A stretch of 64,000 nucleotides of DNA. Origin: an uncultured Gemmatimonadales bacterium (GTDB lineage: Bacteria > Gemmatimonadota > Gemmatimonadetes > Gemmatimonadales > GWC2-71-9). Below, one piece after another: positions 21,909 to 32,123 of the stretch (position 1 is its first letter; the number at the start of each line of letters is the position of its first letter). A model generated the notes under the pieces. It was not told the origin of the DNA. It was given only the letters and a program-made list of their open reading frames with translations, and ran no database searches. Where the stretch lies: the NCBI GenBank assembly GCA_963810165.1, contig CAWEMG010000017.1, forward strand, positions 7,229 through 71,228, written 5' to 3'. Position numbers and translations under genes: made by a program.

Positions 21909-22421
21909 GTGCGGCGCATGTTGATTCTGGTGGGGGTTGCGGTCCTCTCGTTCAACCTCGCCAGCTTCGGGACCGGCGGCATGCCGCTGCGGGTCGACAC
22001 CAGTCGCACCGCCCTCATCAGCCTGGGACAGGAATACGGTGAGCTGCAGCAGTGGGCCACAGCGGTGGCTGAGGCAACCGACACCCTTCAAAGCCCGGAG
22101 CGTGCCCGGGCTCTAGCGTACCAGTTGGCCCGTCTCCTGGACCCACTCGAAGGCGATTTCGAGAAGACCACCGCGGCTCTGTCGACCGCACAGCTGGAAC
22201 AGATACTGCCGCTGTGGGAGCGGCTGGTCTTCGCTCATGCAGGGGTTCTGTTGCTCCAGGAGCAGGCGTCCAGCCTCGGAACCGACCCCGCGCTGGATCC
22301 CTCCGAAGTTCACGATCTCGCGTTCCAGCTCTCGGCAGTGCTGGATTTTGCATCGCAAATACAGCGCATGCTCCTGACTGAGCTGATCACCCCGGTTGCA
22401 ACCCCACTCCGCCTGACCTGA
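21909..22421 (+). CDS. hypothetical secreted protein
   Basis: N-terminal hydrophobic segment MLILVGVAVLSFNLASFG; helical Ala/Leu/Gln-rich body; no known domain. Confidence 0.4.
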   Translation: MRRMLILVGVAVLSFNLASFGTGGMPLRVDTSRTALISLGQEYGELQQWATAVAEATDTLQSPERARALAYQLARLLDPLEGDFEKTTAALSTAQLEQILPLWERLVFAHAGVLLLQEQASSLGTDPALDPSEVHDLAFQLSAVLDFASQIQRMLLTELITPVATPLRLT

Positions 22422-22425
22422 ATCG

Positions 22426-22878
22426 TCACCTGGAAACCGATTGGAACAGGGGCAGGTACTGGCCGTAGCCCTCCTGTTCCAGCGACTCCACTGGTATGAA
22501 CCGGAGAGCCGCCGAGTTCATGCAGTACCGCAGCCCGGTCGGTGCCGGTCCGTCCTGAAACACGTGACCCAGGTGGGAATCACCTTCCCGGGAACGGACC
22601 TCGGTGCGCTCTGCCAGGAGGGAGCGATCCGAGCGCTTCACGATGTTTGACTCCTCGAGCGGCCGGGTGAAGCTGGGCCAGCCTGTCCCAGAGTCGTACT
22701 TGTCACGCGAGCTGAAAAGTGGCTCGCCCGAGACCACGTCCACGTAGATCCCCGGCCGCTTGTTGTCCCAGAACTCGTTCTGGAACGGCGGCTCGGTACC
22801 TTCCTTCTGGGTGACTCGGTACTGTAGCGGCGTGAGCTTCTGAGCGAGATCGGCCGTGTCCTTCTTCTGGTTTCCCAC
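22426..22878 (-). CDS. msrB: peptide-methionine (R)-S-oxide reductase
   Basis: [33 protein letters not shown] and RYCMNSAAL. Confidence 0.9.
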   Translation of the reverse strand: MGNQKKDTADLAQKLTPLQYRVTQKEGTEPPFQNEFWDNKRPGIYVDVVSGEPLFSSRDKYDSGTGWPSFTRPLEESNIVKRSDRSLLAERTEVRSREGDSHLGHVFQDGPAPTGLRYCMNSAALRFIPVESLEQEGYGQYLPLFQSVSR

Positions 22879-22960
22879 TGTCTACCCCCTTTGGTCCAAC
22901 GGTGATCATCAAGTCGTAGATTATATCAGCTAACCACTGTCACCAGGCCCCGGGTTCCCG

Positions 22961-24130
22961 ATGACCGAACGACTCTATTATACCGATTCCTATCTCCAGG
23001 ACTTCGAGGCCGAGGTGACGGACCGGGCCGACGATTCCCGCCGGATCTATCTCGACCGTACCGCTTTCTACCCGACGTCGGGAGGCCAGCCTTTCGACAT
23101 CGGGCAGATCGGCGGGTTACAGGTGACCGATGTCGTAGATGAGGGCGACCGGGTCGCGCACCTGCTGGCCGGGCCCTTGGCGGCTGATCGGGTGGTCGGC
23201 CGCGTGGACTGGACCCGCCGCTTCGATCATATGCAGCAGCATACCGGGCAGCATCTGCTCTCCGCCGTTCTGGCCGATCGGCTGGGTTACCAGACGGTGG
23301 CGGTCCACTTCGGGAAGGAGAGCTCGACTCTGGATCTGGATGCCGCGTCGTTCACTGCGGATCAGGCGCGGCAGATCGAGGAGCAGACGAATGACATCGT
23401 CACCCAGAACCGGCCGGTCGACGTCAGCTTTGAGGAGGCCGAGCTCGCGACCGGGCTCCGGAAGGCCTCCCAACGGGCAGGGAAGCTCCGCGTCATCTCG
23501 ATCCGGGACCTCGACCGGAGCGCCTGTGGTGGAACTCACGTCCGGGCCACCGGTGAGATCGGAGTCGTTCTTCTCCGGAAGGTAGAACGGGTCCGGAAAG
23601 GAGTAAGGCTGGAGTTTCTTTGTGGTTCGCGGGCCTCGCGCCAGGCGCGGACCGACTATGCCCTGCTATCGCAGATGGGGGCCGATCTCTCGGCCTCAGC
23701 GGAAGAGATTCCGCGGCTGATCGCGGTCCAACGCGAGGAGCTCAAGCGGGCCCTCGCCACGACGCGGGATCTCGAAGGAAAGCTGGACCTGCTGCGGGCC
23801 CGGGAGCTCCATGCCGGCGCCACTCCCGAGACCACCGGCATACGCCGGGTCGTCGTTCGTGAGGACGAAGGAGCGCTCGACGCGCTCCGAGGGCTGGGCC
23901 AGGCGTTCAGCTCTCTGCCGAAAGCGATCTTCATAGGCGCCATCTCGAGCCCTCCAGCCGTAGTGCTTGGCGGCATCCGAGGATACCGGGGTCAATGCAG
24001 CCGGGATGCTCAGGAGTCTGTTGGCGAGCGTGGGAGGGCGAGGAGGGGGCTCGGCTCGGTTGGCGCAGGGGATCGTACCAGGACGGGCGCAGCTCGAGAA
24101 GGTGGTAGCCAGCCTGGGATCTAGGGTTTA
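22961..24130 (+). CDS. alaX: alanyl-tRNA editing protein (AlaX-type), frameshifted near 3' end
   Basis: YPTSGGQPFD, HTGQHLLS (HxxxH), CGGTH. After about 23968-23975 the homologous tail (ASEDTGVNAAGMLRSLLASVGGRGGGSARLAQG...) is in another frame, ending at TAG 24128-24130. Confidence 0.8.
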
Positions 24131-24136
24131 GTGGTC

Positions 24137-24228
24137 CCGGATCCTCATACCGAACGCAGTGAGGACCTACTCAGGCCGCCTTCGAAGTATGGCCAAGTAG
24201 GTCCCCGCGATGCTCGGATGCGGTTCCG
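24137..24228. repeat. divergent copy of the GTCATCCTGAGC-type palindromic element
   Basis: Arms 24137-24170 (ccggatcctcataccgaacgcagtgaggacctac) and 24197-24228 are imperfect reverse complements. Lies between convergent alaX and the sigma gene. Confidence 0.5.
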
Positions 24229-24235
24229 TTCTACC

Positions 24236-25126
24236 CTACGCTGCCAGCTCTCGCAGCTTATCCCCGTGCTCTTCCTTCAGCTGCCGCAGCGCCCGGTCCC
24301 GAAGCTGCCGGATCCGCTCCCGGGTTACCCCCATCATCCGGCCGATCTCCTCCAGCGTGCGGCTATTGCCGTCGTCCAGACCGAAATAGAGCCGGAGCAC
24401 CTTGGCATCCCGTGGCGGGAGTGCGGCCAGAGCTGCCTCCAGATCGTCGGTGCGGCTGCTGGCCAGAGTAGACGCATCGGTCCCCTCCTGAGTCAGCGGA
24501 ACGAACCGGTCGAGACGGCCGCGGTCCTCCCCCTCCCTGACCGGCTGATCGAGCCGGAGGGCCTCAACATGGAGGGCGCCCAGAGACCGAACCGCTTCGG
24601 GCGTCAGGCCGGTTGCCTTCACCAGCTCCTCGGTGGTGGGGACGCGACCCAGCTGCTCCGTCAGCAACGTGGTCACCCGCCCCAGCCGGCTGAGATCAGC
24701 CGTGCGGTTGAGCGGCAGCCGGACTGGGCGACCATGTCGAGCAATCGCCGCCTGGATCGCCTGCCGGATCCACCAGACCGCATAGGAGATGAATTTGACC
24801 CCGCGATCAGGATCGAACTTCCGGGCCGCCGTCATCAGACCGACGTTGCCTTCGCCGATCAGATCCATCAGGGGGACCCCGCGATTCTGGAACTTCTTGG
24901 CCACGGAGACCACGAAGCGCACGTTATGCCGCGCAAGCCTTTCCTGGGCTTCGATGTCGCCCTTGATCGCACGCCGAGCCAGCGCCGTCTCCTCCGGTAC
25001 GGTAAGCAGGGGGATGCGGCTGATGTCCTTCAGGTAGAAATCCAGGCTCTCCCGCCCCTCATCGGCGGCCTTGGCCATGGTGGCCGGCTTGGGACCGCGC
25101 CGGCGCTTACTACGGGTACCTGCCAC
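24236..25126 (-). CDS. RNA polymerase sigma-70 family factor (RpoD-like)
   Basis: Regions 1.2-4 present: YLKDISRIPLLT, NVRFVVSVAKKF, LMDLIGEGNVGLMTAARKFD, FISYAVWWIRQAI, TLEEIGRMMGVTRERIRQL. Confidence 0.9.
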   Translation of the reverse strand: MAGTRSKRRRGPKPATMAKAADEGRESLDFYLKDISRIPLLTVPEETALARRAIKGDIEAQERLARHNVRFVVSVAKKFQNRGVPLMDLIGEGNVGLMTAARKFDPDRGVKFISYAVWWIRQAIQAAIARHGRPVRLPLNRTADLSRLGRVTTLLTEQLGRVPTTEELVKATGLTPEAVRSLGALHVEALRLDQPVREGEDRGRLDRFVPLTQEGTDASTLASSRTDDLEAALAALPPRDAKVLRLYFGLDDGNSRTLEEIGRMMGVTRERIRQLRDRALRQLKEEHGDKLRELAA

Positions 25127-25267
25127 TATGCTACTCCCTCGGTGAGGCCCCCCTCGGGCCGGAAGCTGTTCATAGGTGACGAATAAACACCGGGGTCACC
25201 CGACGAGTTCCCTCCAGAGTCCAGGTATACATACTGCCCGGGGGGCTTCCCGGGTCGCAAAGAGGCG

Positions 25268-25301
25268 AAAAAGGGGTCGGAACCCCTTGGGTTCCGGCCC
25301 C
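25268..25301 (-). terminator. rho-independent terminator of the beta-barrel gene
   Basis: Minus strand reads GGGGCCGGAACC-CAAG-GGTTCCGACCCC followed by TTTTT. Begins 27 nt after the stop at 25328. Confidence 0.55.
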
Positions 25302-25327
25302 TTTGGCCAAGCGTCTGAAGGGCGCAC

Positions 25328-26092
25328 TTACCAGCTCAGGGTGTACTGCCCTCCGATCGTGTAGTAGACCTCGCTGGCCTTGAGGTCGATCATCTGGTCC
25401 TGAGTTGGCCAGGCGCTCCGGTGAGTTGTCATCCCAAAGCGGATCGCGAAGTTACGGACCAGATCCAGTCCCAGAGTCAGCCGCTCCAGCTGATCCCGGC
25501 GGCGGGGGATGAGCGGTTCCCCGCCGAAGGCGAAGGTCTTCTCCAGGGTCACGGTTATCGGGGTGCGTACCTCGGTCAACCCTCCATTCAGGGAGACGAA
25601 GGTGCTGAGTTCCTGGAGCGTCGCCTTGCCATCGGTGTATATCCCGAGCTGCGAGCTGGCGGTTAACCCCCGGATCATGATGCTGGGCCCGACACTGAAC
25701 CGGTAAGCGGTCCCCTTGGTAAGGGCCGAGCTCCGTTCGGTAGGCAGCCAGTTCGCGTGGGTGGCAGCCACCCGCATGGCCAGACCATAGCTCATCCCCT
25801 CACCCATGCGGCTTATCTGATGGGAGAGGTCGAGGGAGCCGCCTCGCGCATCCCCGCTAAAAAACCCCTGGAGCTTGCCGCTGAGCTTCCCGGTGGCAAC
25901 CTCGGCCTGAACGTTCCAGACCGTGTGGATGCAGCGCTTCCTTCAACAGCACCGACTTGTCCCGCGCGGTCACCGCACGCTTGGTGAACGCGGTGCTCCA
26001 GCCGCCGGTCACGGCAACCACGCGGTCGTTCCGTTCGGGTAAGCGGATGGACAGGTCGTGATAGTGGCTACGGCACCGGCCGCTTTCGGCAC
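25328..26092 (-). CDS. putative outer-membrane beta-barrel protein, frameshifted; 5' end uncertain
   Basis: Alternating beta-strand pattern ending ..EVYYTIGGQYTLSW (aromatic C-terminus). Upstream continuation LPERNDRVVAVTGGWSTAFTKRAVTARDKSVLLKEALHPH is in another frame (break about 25925). Candidate GTG 26092. Confidence 0.4.
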
Positions 26093-26460
26093 GCCACGAC
26101 CTTCACTGGTTTCTTGTAGACGTCGAACAGACGACCGTTCGCTCGCACGGCGTACCGGGTCACACCCACGCTGTCGCCGAAGTCACTGTCGAGCTGGGCA
26201 TTCAAGGTCGAGCCGGTGTTCCAGTACTGGTCCAAGCCATTGACTGATTCGACGGAGATGCTGTCCGACGACGGGCTGGAGACCTTCAGCTCCACCGATC
26301 CGCCAGGCAGTCCCATCGACGGCGTCATGGTGACTTCGACCGGCTCGGGCCCCGTGGTGAGGTTCACCGTCGATGTGGAGACGCCACAGCCTTGGAGGCC
26401 CAGCGCCACGCACACGAGCGTCGGCAGAGGTGAAGTGGTACCGCGAGTGAGGAGATTCAT
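26068..26460 (-). CDS. lipoprotein, unknown function
   Basis: ATG 26460; MNLLTRGTTSPLPTLVCVALGLQGC lipobox; Ser/Thr/Val-rich beta-type body. Confidence 0.45.
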   Translation of the reverse strand: MNLLTRGTTSPLPTLVCVALGLQGCGVSTSTVNLTTGPEPVEVTMTPSMGLPGGSVELKVSSPSSDSISVESVNGLDQYWNTGSTLNAQLDSDFGDSVGVTRYAVRANGRLFDVYKKPVKVVACRKRPVP

Positions 26461-26718
26461 TGATACCGCCGGTACGCTAATCGTACGAGAGCCTTCTCGC
26501 CGGAGCGTAAAGGCCAGCTCGGCGGTGAACCCCACGGACTCGCGCATCTAGTTGCGCTGTGTCAGGTGAGGTTTCGCAAGGAGCGTACCTCGACGAAGCG
26601 ACTCGATTGTGCACTGGAGTGGCGGAGGGAATGACAACCGCCGATCTGATCATAGCCCCGATTTCTGAAGTCCGCTAGGTGACCGGCGCCACTTCCCCAG
26701 CAGTGCGCCGCAGGTACC

Positions 26719-27405
26719 ATGACATCCATGGCGCTTCACGAACGCACACCGATCGCAACCGGCTCAGCCGCCGACTTCCTCCCTCCGAAGCCAACGCTGC
26801 CGAAGCTTCGGGAGGCAGCGCGCGGCTGCAGAGGCTGTCACCTGTGGATCAACGCGACCCAGACCGTCTTCGGGGAAGGAGCAGCCTCTGCCGACGTCAT
26901 GCTGGTCGGGGAACAGCCGGGGGACCAGGAGGACCGGCAGGGGCACCCCTTCGTCGGCCCTTCAGGTAAGCTGCTCGATGCCGCGCTGGAACAAGCGGGC
27001 ATCGACCGCAGCCAGGTGTACGTCACCAACTCGGTAAAGCACTTCAAGTTCGTGCTGATCGAGCGGGGTCGCCGGCTGCACAAGAAGCCCAATGCGGCTG
27101 AGGTGCGGGCCTGTCATCCCTGGCTCGAAGAAGAAATCCGCCTGGTGAAGCCGAAGGTGATCGTGGCGCTCGGGGCCACCGCGGCTCAGGCGCTCCTAGG
27201 AAAGCAATTTCGAGTCACCCAGCAGCGGGGAAAGCCTGTGTCATCCGAGCTGGCGGAAACCGTGATTGCGACGGTACATCCATCCGCGGTGCTCAGGGCC
27301 CGCGATGCCGATCGAGAGCAGGCGCGGGAAGATTTTTTCCGGGATATGCAGAAGGTGGCAGCGTACCTACGCACGAGGAAAACAAAAGTGGCCGGATCGC
27401 GGTGA
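26719..27405 (+). CDS. udgX: UdgX-type (family 4-like) uracil-DNA glycosylase
   Basis: Fe-S Cys ligands (CRGCHLW, ACHPW), motif A VGEQPG, motif B VHPSAVLR, and the UdgX-specific inserted loop ERGRRLHKKP (compare KRRIH). Confidence 0.75.
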   Translation: MTSMALHERTPIATGSAADFLPPKPTLPKLREAARGCRGCHLWINATQTVFGEGAASADVMLVGEQPGDQEDRQGHPFVGPSGKLLDAALEQAGIDRSQVYVTNSVKHFKFVLIERGRRLHKKPNAAEVRACHPWLEEEIRLVKPKVIVALGATAAQALLGKQFRVTQQRGKPVSSELAETVIATVHPSAVLRARDADREQAREDFFRDMQKVAAYLRTRKTKVAGSR

Positions 27406-27445
27406 GGCGACCCGGCCACCCTGGTAGTGCTCTCCGGATGTCGGA

Positions 27446-27658
27446 CTACTTACCGAGCTTCCGGACGTTCTCGGCGGCAGGACCCTTCTGGCCCTGAACC
27501 ACGTCGAACTCCACGCGCTCACCCTCGGCCAGGCTCTTGAATCCTTCAGCCTGGATCGCGGAATGATGGACGAAGCAGTCCTTCTGACCATCCTCGGGGG
27601 TGATGAAGCCGAACCCCTTGGCGTCGTTGAACCACTTGACCGTGCCGGTGGTGCGCAT
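27446..27658 (-). CDS. cspA: cold-shock protein
   Basis: [35 protein letters not shown] (RNP1/RNP2). ATG 27658. Confidence 0.95.
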   Translation of the reverse strand: MRTTGTVKWFNDAKGFGFITPEDGQKDCFVHHSAIQAEGFKSLAEGERVEFDVVQGQKGPAAENVRKLGK

Positions 27659-27926
27659 TGTTCCTACTCCTTGAAAATGAGTAATCGGAGTCCGGACATG
27701 CCACACCGGCCGACTACAGTTGCGCGTGAAATGCACCCCTCACGCAGGGTATCGCTGCCATGGCACGTCAAATCGTAAAGCGGCAGCAAAGAAAAAAAGG
27801 ACCAGCAAGCGCCGGCCCTTCTGATGACAGTCGAGAATCGGCAGCCCGGGTAGGCCCCGACGCTGGCAACAAGGTAGCTTGGTAGCGGTGTAGAGGCAAG
27901 CCTGAGCGGATCGCACTGATTGGGAG

Positions 27927-29724
27927 GTGGTCGTGATCGGGAAGCTGCTGGCCCGTCGGGGAATCCTCTCCAAGCGCGAGCAGGAAATTCGCGTCCGCGA
28001 GCAGGAGCTCCTGCAGCGTCTGGCGACCGCCCTCGAGCGGTTCGGATCGGATGTCGCCGCGGAGGACCTGCGCCGTTTTCAGGAGGCACGAGAACAGCTG
28101 AACGGGTTGTTCCTGCTGGTGATCGCCGGAGAGTTCAACTCCGGAAAATCGAGTTTCATCAACGCCCTGCTCGGGGAGCGGGTGCTGCCCGAAGGCGTCA
28201 CGCCGACGACCGACCGCATCAACATTCTCCGCCACGGTCCCGAGGTCTCCGAGCACCTGCTGGAGGCTTACCTGCTGGAGCGTACCCACCCGGCGGAGGT
28301 CCTGCGGGAGATCAACATTGTAGATACGCCGGGAACCAACGCCATTATCCGGCGGCACGAAGAGTTGACCCGGGATTTCGTGCCCCGGTCCGACCTGGTG
28401 CTGTTCGTGACCTCGGCGGATCGGCCCTTCACCGAGAGCGAGCGGGCCTTTCTGGAGCAGATCCGGGAATGGGGCAAGAAGATCGTCTTCGTGGTGAACA
28501 AGGTCGACATCCTCACGCGGCCGGAGGAGCGCGACGAGGTGCTGCGGTACGTGGAGGAAAACGCCACGGGCCTCCTGGGGGAGACGCCGCAGCTGTTCGC
28601 GGTCTCGGCCCGACAGGCGCTGGAAGCTCGGGGAGGCGGACGGGGATACGGCCGAGCAGGCGGATGGCGCGGGCGAACAGTTGTGGGAGCAGAGCGGTTT
28701 CGGCGCCGTGGAGGATTATCTGCTCAACACCCTCGACCAGCAGGAACGGGTCCGGCTGAAGCTCCTCAACCCGTTGAACGTCGGGCTGCGTCTCGCGTCG
28801 AAGTACAAGGAGGCCACGTTCGAGCGGCTCAAGCTGCTGGCGCAGGACGTCGAGGCGATTCAGAACATCGACCAGCAGCTGGCCCTCTTCCACCAGGAGA
28901 TGCTTCGGGACTTCGAGCCCCGACTGGCGCGCCTCGATGTGCTTCTGGGCGACATGGAACGGCGCGGCATGCGCTTCTTCGAGGAGACCATCCGGATCGG
29001 CCGCATCAAGAGTCTCATGGACAGCGAGGGCGTGAAGCGGACGTTCGAGCGGGAGGTCATCGGCGAGACACCGCGCGAGATCGAGGATGAGGTGGGCCGG
29101 GTCATCGACTGGATCGTCGAGAGAAATCTGAAGCTGTGGCACGACATCAGCGGGTACATCGAGCGGCGTCAGATCACCCGGCACCGCGAAGGCATGATCG
29201 GCGACGTTGGCTCCAGCTTCAACTACAACCGCCAGGCGCTGCTCGACTCGGTCGGCCGGGTATCCCGCGAGGTGGTGGGGAGCTACAACCGGGAGGTAGA
29301 GTCGCGCACCATCGCCAATGAAATCCAGGGGACCTTTGCCACCACCGCCCTGGCGCAGGCCGGCGCCATCGGCCTGGGTACGCTGGTGGTCACCCTGGTG
29401 AGCAGCGCCGCTGCCGATGTCACCGGGATCCTCCTGGCCACCGCCCTCGCGGTAGGCGGGTTCTACGTCATTCCGCGCAAGCGGCGCCAGGCCAAGCTGG
29501 ACTTCGAGCGCCGTATCAACCAGCTCGGCTCACACCTCAAGGACGTGCTGACCCGCCAGGTCCACCTGGAGCTGGAGCAATCCACCGCCCGCATCAACGA
29601 GGCAATCGCGCCGTACCGCCGCTTCGTGCAGAGCCAGCAGCAGCAGCTGAACGAAGCCCGGGGCGAGCTGGTGGCCACCGAAGACGCGCTGCTCCGGCTC
29701 AGGGCCGACATCGAGCAGCGCTGA
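27927..29724 (+). CDS. bacterial dynamin-like GTPase (BDLP), frameshifted
   Basis: G1 GEFNSGKSSFINALLG, G3 DTPG, G4 NKVD. Long helical stalk and a hydrophobic paddle (GAIGLGTLVVTLVSSAAADVTGILLATALAVGGFYVIP). Break about 28620-28630. Start GTG 27927 or 27933 after GGGAGG. Confidence 0.85.
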
Positions 29725-29887
29725 CCGATGGCCGGCGAAGGCCTTGACGCCATCAGAGCTAAGTGGTAGCCTAGCATGCCGATAGTCTCCAATTCTATCC
29801 AATGTGACGAACCTCCTCAGTCTTTCCGCAGTCGCTTTGAGCGGTAGCGGGAAGGCGTTTGCAGTTCCCTTCCGCCGGAGGTGGCAC

Positions 29888-30373
29888 ATGGACGCTCTCG
29901 TCGCGCTCGCCATTAGTATCGCAATCCTCATTGCGGGCTGGACCTACGTCGCTATCGATGTAGCGAACTTGCCGGTATGGGCGGGGATCGTGGCGTGGGG
30001 GTGCTTCTTTGCCGCCGGCGGGAAGACGACAGGGCTCACCAAAACCATCGCGGCAAATCTCTCCGGGGTATTCTGGGCGTTCCTCGCGCTTCAGGCCCTG
30101 CCCCGAGCGGGCGGTGGCACCGCGATCCTGGCGGTTCTGGTTGGCCTGGCCGCGCTCATCATGGTGCTGCAGGCGAAGGCTTCGCTCTTATCGTTCATAC
30201 CGGGAGCCTTCCTCGGCGCCGCAACGGCGGTCAGCGTGGTGACGCGAACAGGAGCCGATGCCTACGCCCACCCGTGGATAAAGACAGCCATCGCGTTGGT
30301 GGTCGGAGCGGTGCTGGGTTACCTGTCCGAGATGCTGGCGGCGTCACTCACGGGGAGAAAGAGGACGGCGTAG
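29888..30373 (+). CDS. DUF1097-like integral membrane protein
   Basis: ATG 29888; 4-5 TM helices; WAGIVAWGCFFAAGG motif. Confidence 0.55.
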   Translation: MDALVALAISIAILIAGWTYVAIDVANLPVWAGIVAWGCFFAAGGKTTGLTKTIAANLSGVFWAFLALQALPRAGGGTAILAVLVGLAALIMVLQAKASLLSFIPGAFLGAATAVSVVTRTGADAYAHPWIKTAIALVVGAVLGYLSEMLAASLTGRKRTA

Positions 30374-30447
30374 AGTCGTCTATGGGGAGTAAACAAAATC
30401 CGGAGCCTCTCGGGCTCCGGATTCTTCTTTTCTGGCCTTCCTGCCGC

Positions 30448-31328
30448 TCATTCCGTCGCCTGATCCAGCTCCCCCAGTGCCTTGAGCACCCTGTCGGGCT
30501 GTTCCTCCTGGACGAACTGCCCCGCACCGGGAACGCTCTCCATGGAGAAGTCCGGGATCTTTTCCTCCAGCAGCTCCCGCTCGTCCTCTTTCACCCCGCT
30601 CGGGTGCGTCGACACCGCCGACCAGGAGCCGCACCGGCACCTGGATCTCGTGGAGCTGATCCTGAAGCGACTCGGTCTCTTTCGACTTGGACATGCTCCG
30701 GAAGGCGTCGATCGAGCCATTCAGGTCGGCTGCCTGGCCCGCGGTGTATTCCCGGATGACCCGCGGCGTCACCCAGCTGGTATCGCCCGAGTTCTTGACG
30801 ATCTCCTTGCGCACGTCGTGGCGGAGCTTGCTTTCACTGACGGCCAGCTTCGTAATAAAGCTGCCCATCCGCAACGCCTTCTTCATTCCTGGCGTCGCCG
30901 CGCTCTCGACGGGTCCACCATCGATGGAGAGGATGCCGCGGACCATGTTCGGGGTTGGCGATGGCAAGCCGCAGCGCGATGGAGGCACCAGTAGAATTCG
31001 CGATGAACAGGGCCTCGGTGATGCCGAGCTGCTCGAGAGCCTTGCTTATCCGCTGGGTCTGGGCGGTGAACGAATAATCCGCCTTGGGAGGATGAGAGGA
31101 GCGGCCGTATCCGAGGGGTTCGATCACAATGCAGCGATAGCCGCGCTGGACCAGCGGGCCGGTGACCTTTCGATACCCGTAGGCGCCGCCGAAGATCCCC
31201 GGGATCAGGACCACCGGCTCGCCTGAGCCGATCACCGTCGTATGGAGGATTTCGCCCGGAGCGACTTCGACGTGGTGAACCACGGCGCTGTCGAGGGAGG
31301 CCACAAGCGCCAGGCCGATGAGAATCAT
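30448..31328 (-). CDS. alpha/beta hydrolase, two frameshifts
   Basis: VVLIPGIFGG, nucleophile elbow IANSTGAS. Sequence continues through three frames. Breaks at G4 30951-30954 (IANP | NMVRGILSIDGG) and about 30612-30620 (LLVGG | STHPSGVKEDE). Confidence 0.7.
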
Positions 31329-31347
31329 TGAGGCGACGATTCCGAGA

Positions 31348-31549
31348 CTACCAGGAGTCGCCGGTGACCTTCTTTTTCCGCTTGCGGCGGAGCGCCGCGG
31401 CGGTCTTGATGGCCCGCGCTTCGCTCGGCTTCACGTAGTGCCTGCCGGCGCCGGAGCTCGCCAAAAAGCCCCGACTTCTGGAGCTTGCGCTTGAAGAGCT
31501 TGAGCGCGCGCTCCAGGCTGTCTTCATCGCTCAGCCTGACTTCCGTCAT
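31348..31549 (-). CDS. rpsU: 30S ribosomal protein S21 (frameshifted: 202 nt)
   Basis: MTEVRLSDEDSLERALKLFKRKLQKSGLFGELRRRQ then HYVKPSEARAIKTAAALRRKRKKKVTGDSW* in the next frame. One extra base about 31440-31442. Confidence 0.85.
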
Positions 31550-31625
31550 CCCGCTGTCCTTGTTGAGATGAAAGAGGGGGCCGGCGCCAGTGCCAGCCCC
31601 CTGTGATCGGTCGGCTATTGAACGG

Positions 31626-32042
31626 TTACCGCTCCGATGCTGTGAGAAGCATAGCGCGAGATTCCTCGAACCACAAGGCGAGCGCGGCCGCCGCCGCACC
31701 ACCGCCATTGCTTCCCTTGGCCGCGTCGGCGCCGGGCATTTCGGCGGAGGTCAGCACCTCTCCCTCCGTCACTTCCGGACGTCCCAGCTCGAACACCAGA
31801 GGGTTCCGTAAGGTGTATTCGGCGGCGCAGCGGCCCGACTCGAGCAACCCCTCCTTCGACTCACAGAAGCTGAGGGTCACGAGCTCACGATCGGCGACAC
31901 TCAGGACGTGGTAGCCGGCGAAGCCGGGGATCTTCCGAAGCAGGGGTACGAACTCATCGTGAAGCTGGCGGCGGAGCAGATCCAGGGAAGCCTTGTTGAT
32001 GGCGCCGTTCTTGGGGCTGTACCTGCGGATGGTGACGAACAT
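31626..32042 (-). CDS. hypothetical protein (ABM/Dabb-like fold suspected)
   Basis: MFVTIRRYSPKNGA...GYHVLSVADRELVTLSFCESKEG resembles small alpha+beta barrel proteins. Weak. Confidence 0.35.
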   Translation of the reverse strand: MFVTIRRYSPKNGAINKASLDLLRRQLHDEFVPLLRKIPGFAGYHVLSVADRELVTLSFCESKEGLLESGRCAAEYTLRNPLVFELGRPEVTEGEVLTSAEMPGADAAKGSNGGGAAAAALALWFEESRAMLLTASER

Positions 32043-32123
32043 GTCCTCTGAGACTCCTACCCTTTCAATAAACGACTTCAGAACCGTAGGGGGAACATAA
32101 TCGGATCGGCAGATGGAGGGTTA

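Noticed and set aside
24131-25186. 351-aa plus-strand ORF
   Set aside because: It is exactly antisense to the well-supported sigma-70 gene. The composition is low-complexity Pro/Arg/Leu-rich, typical of high-GC shadow ORFs.
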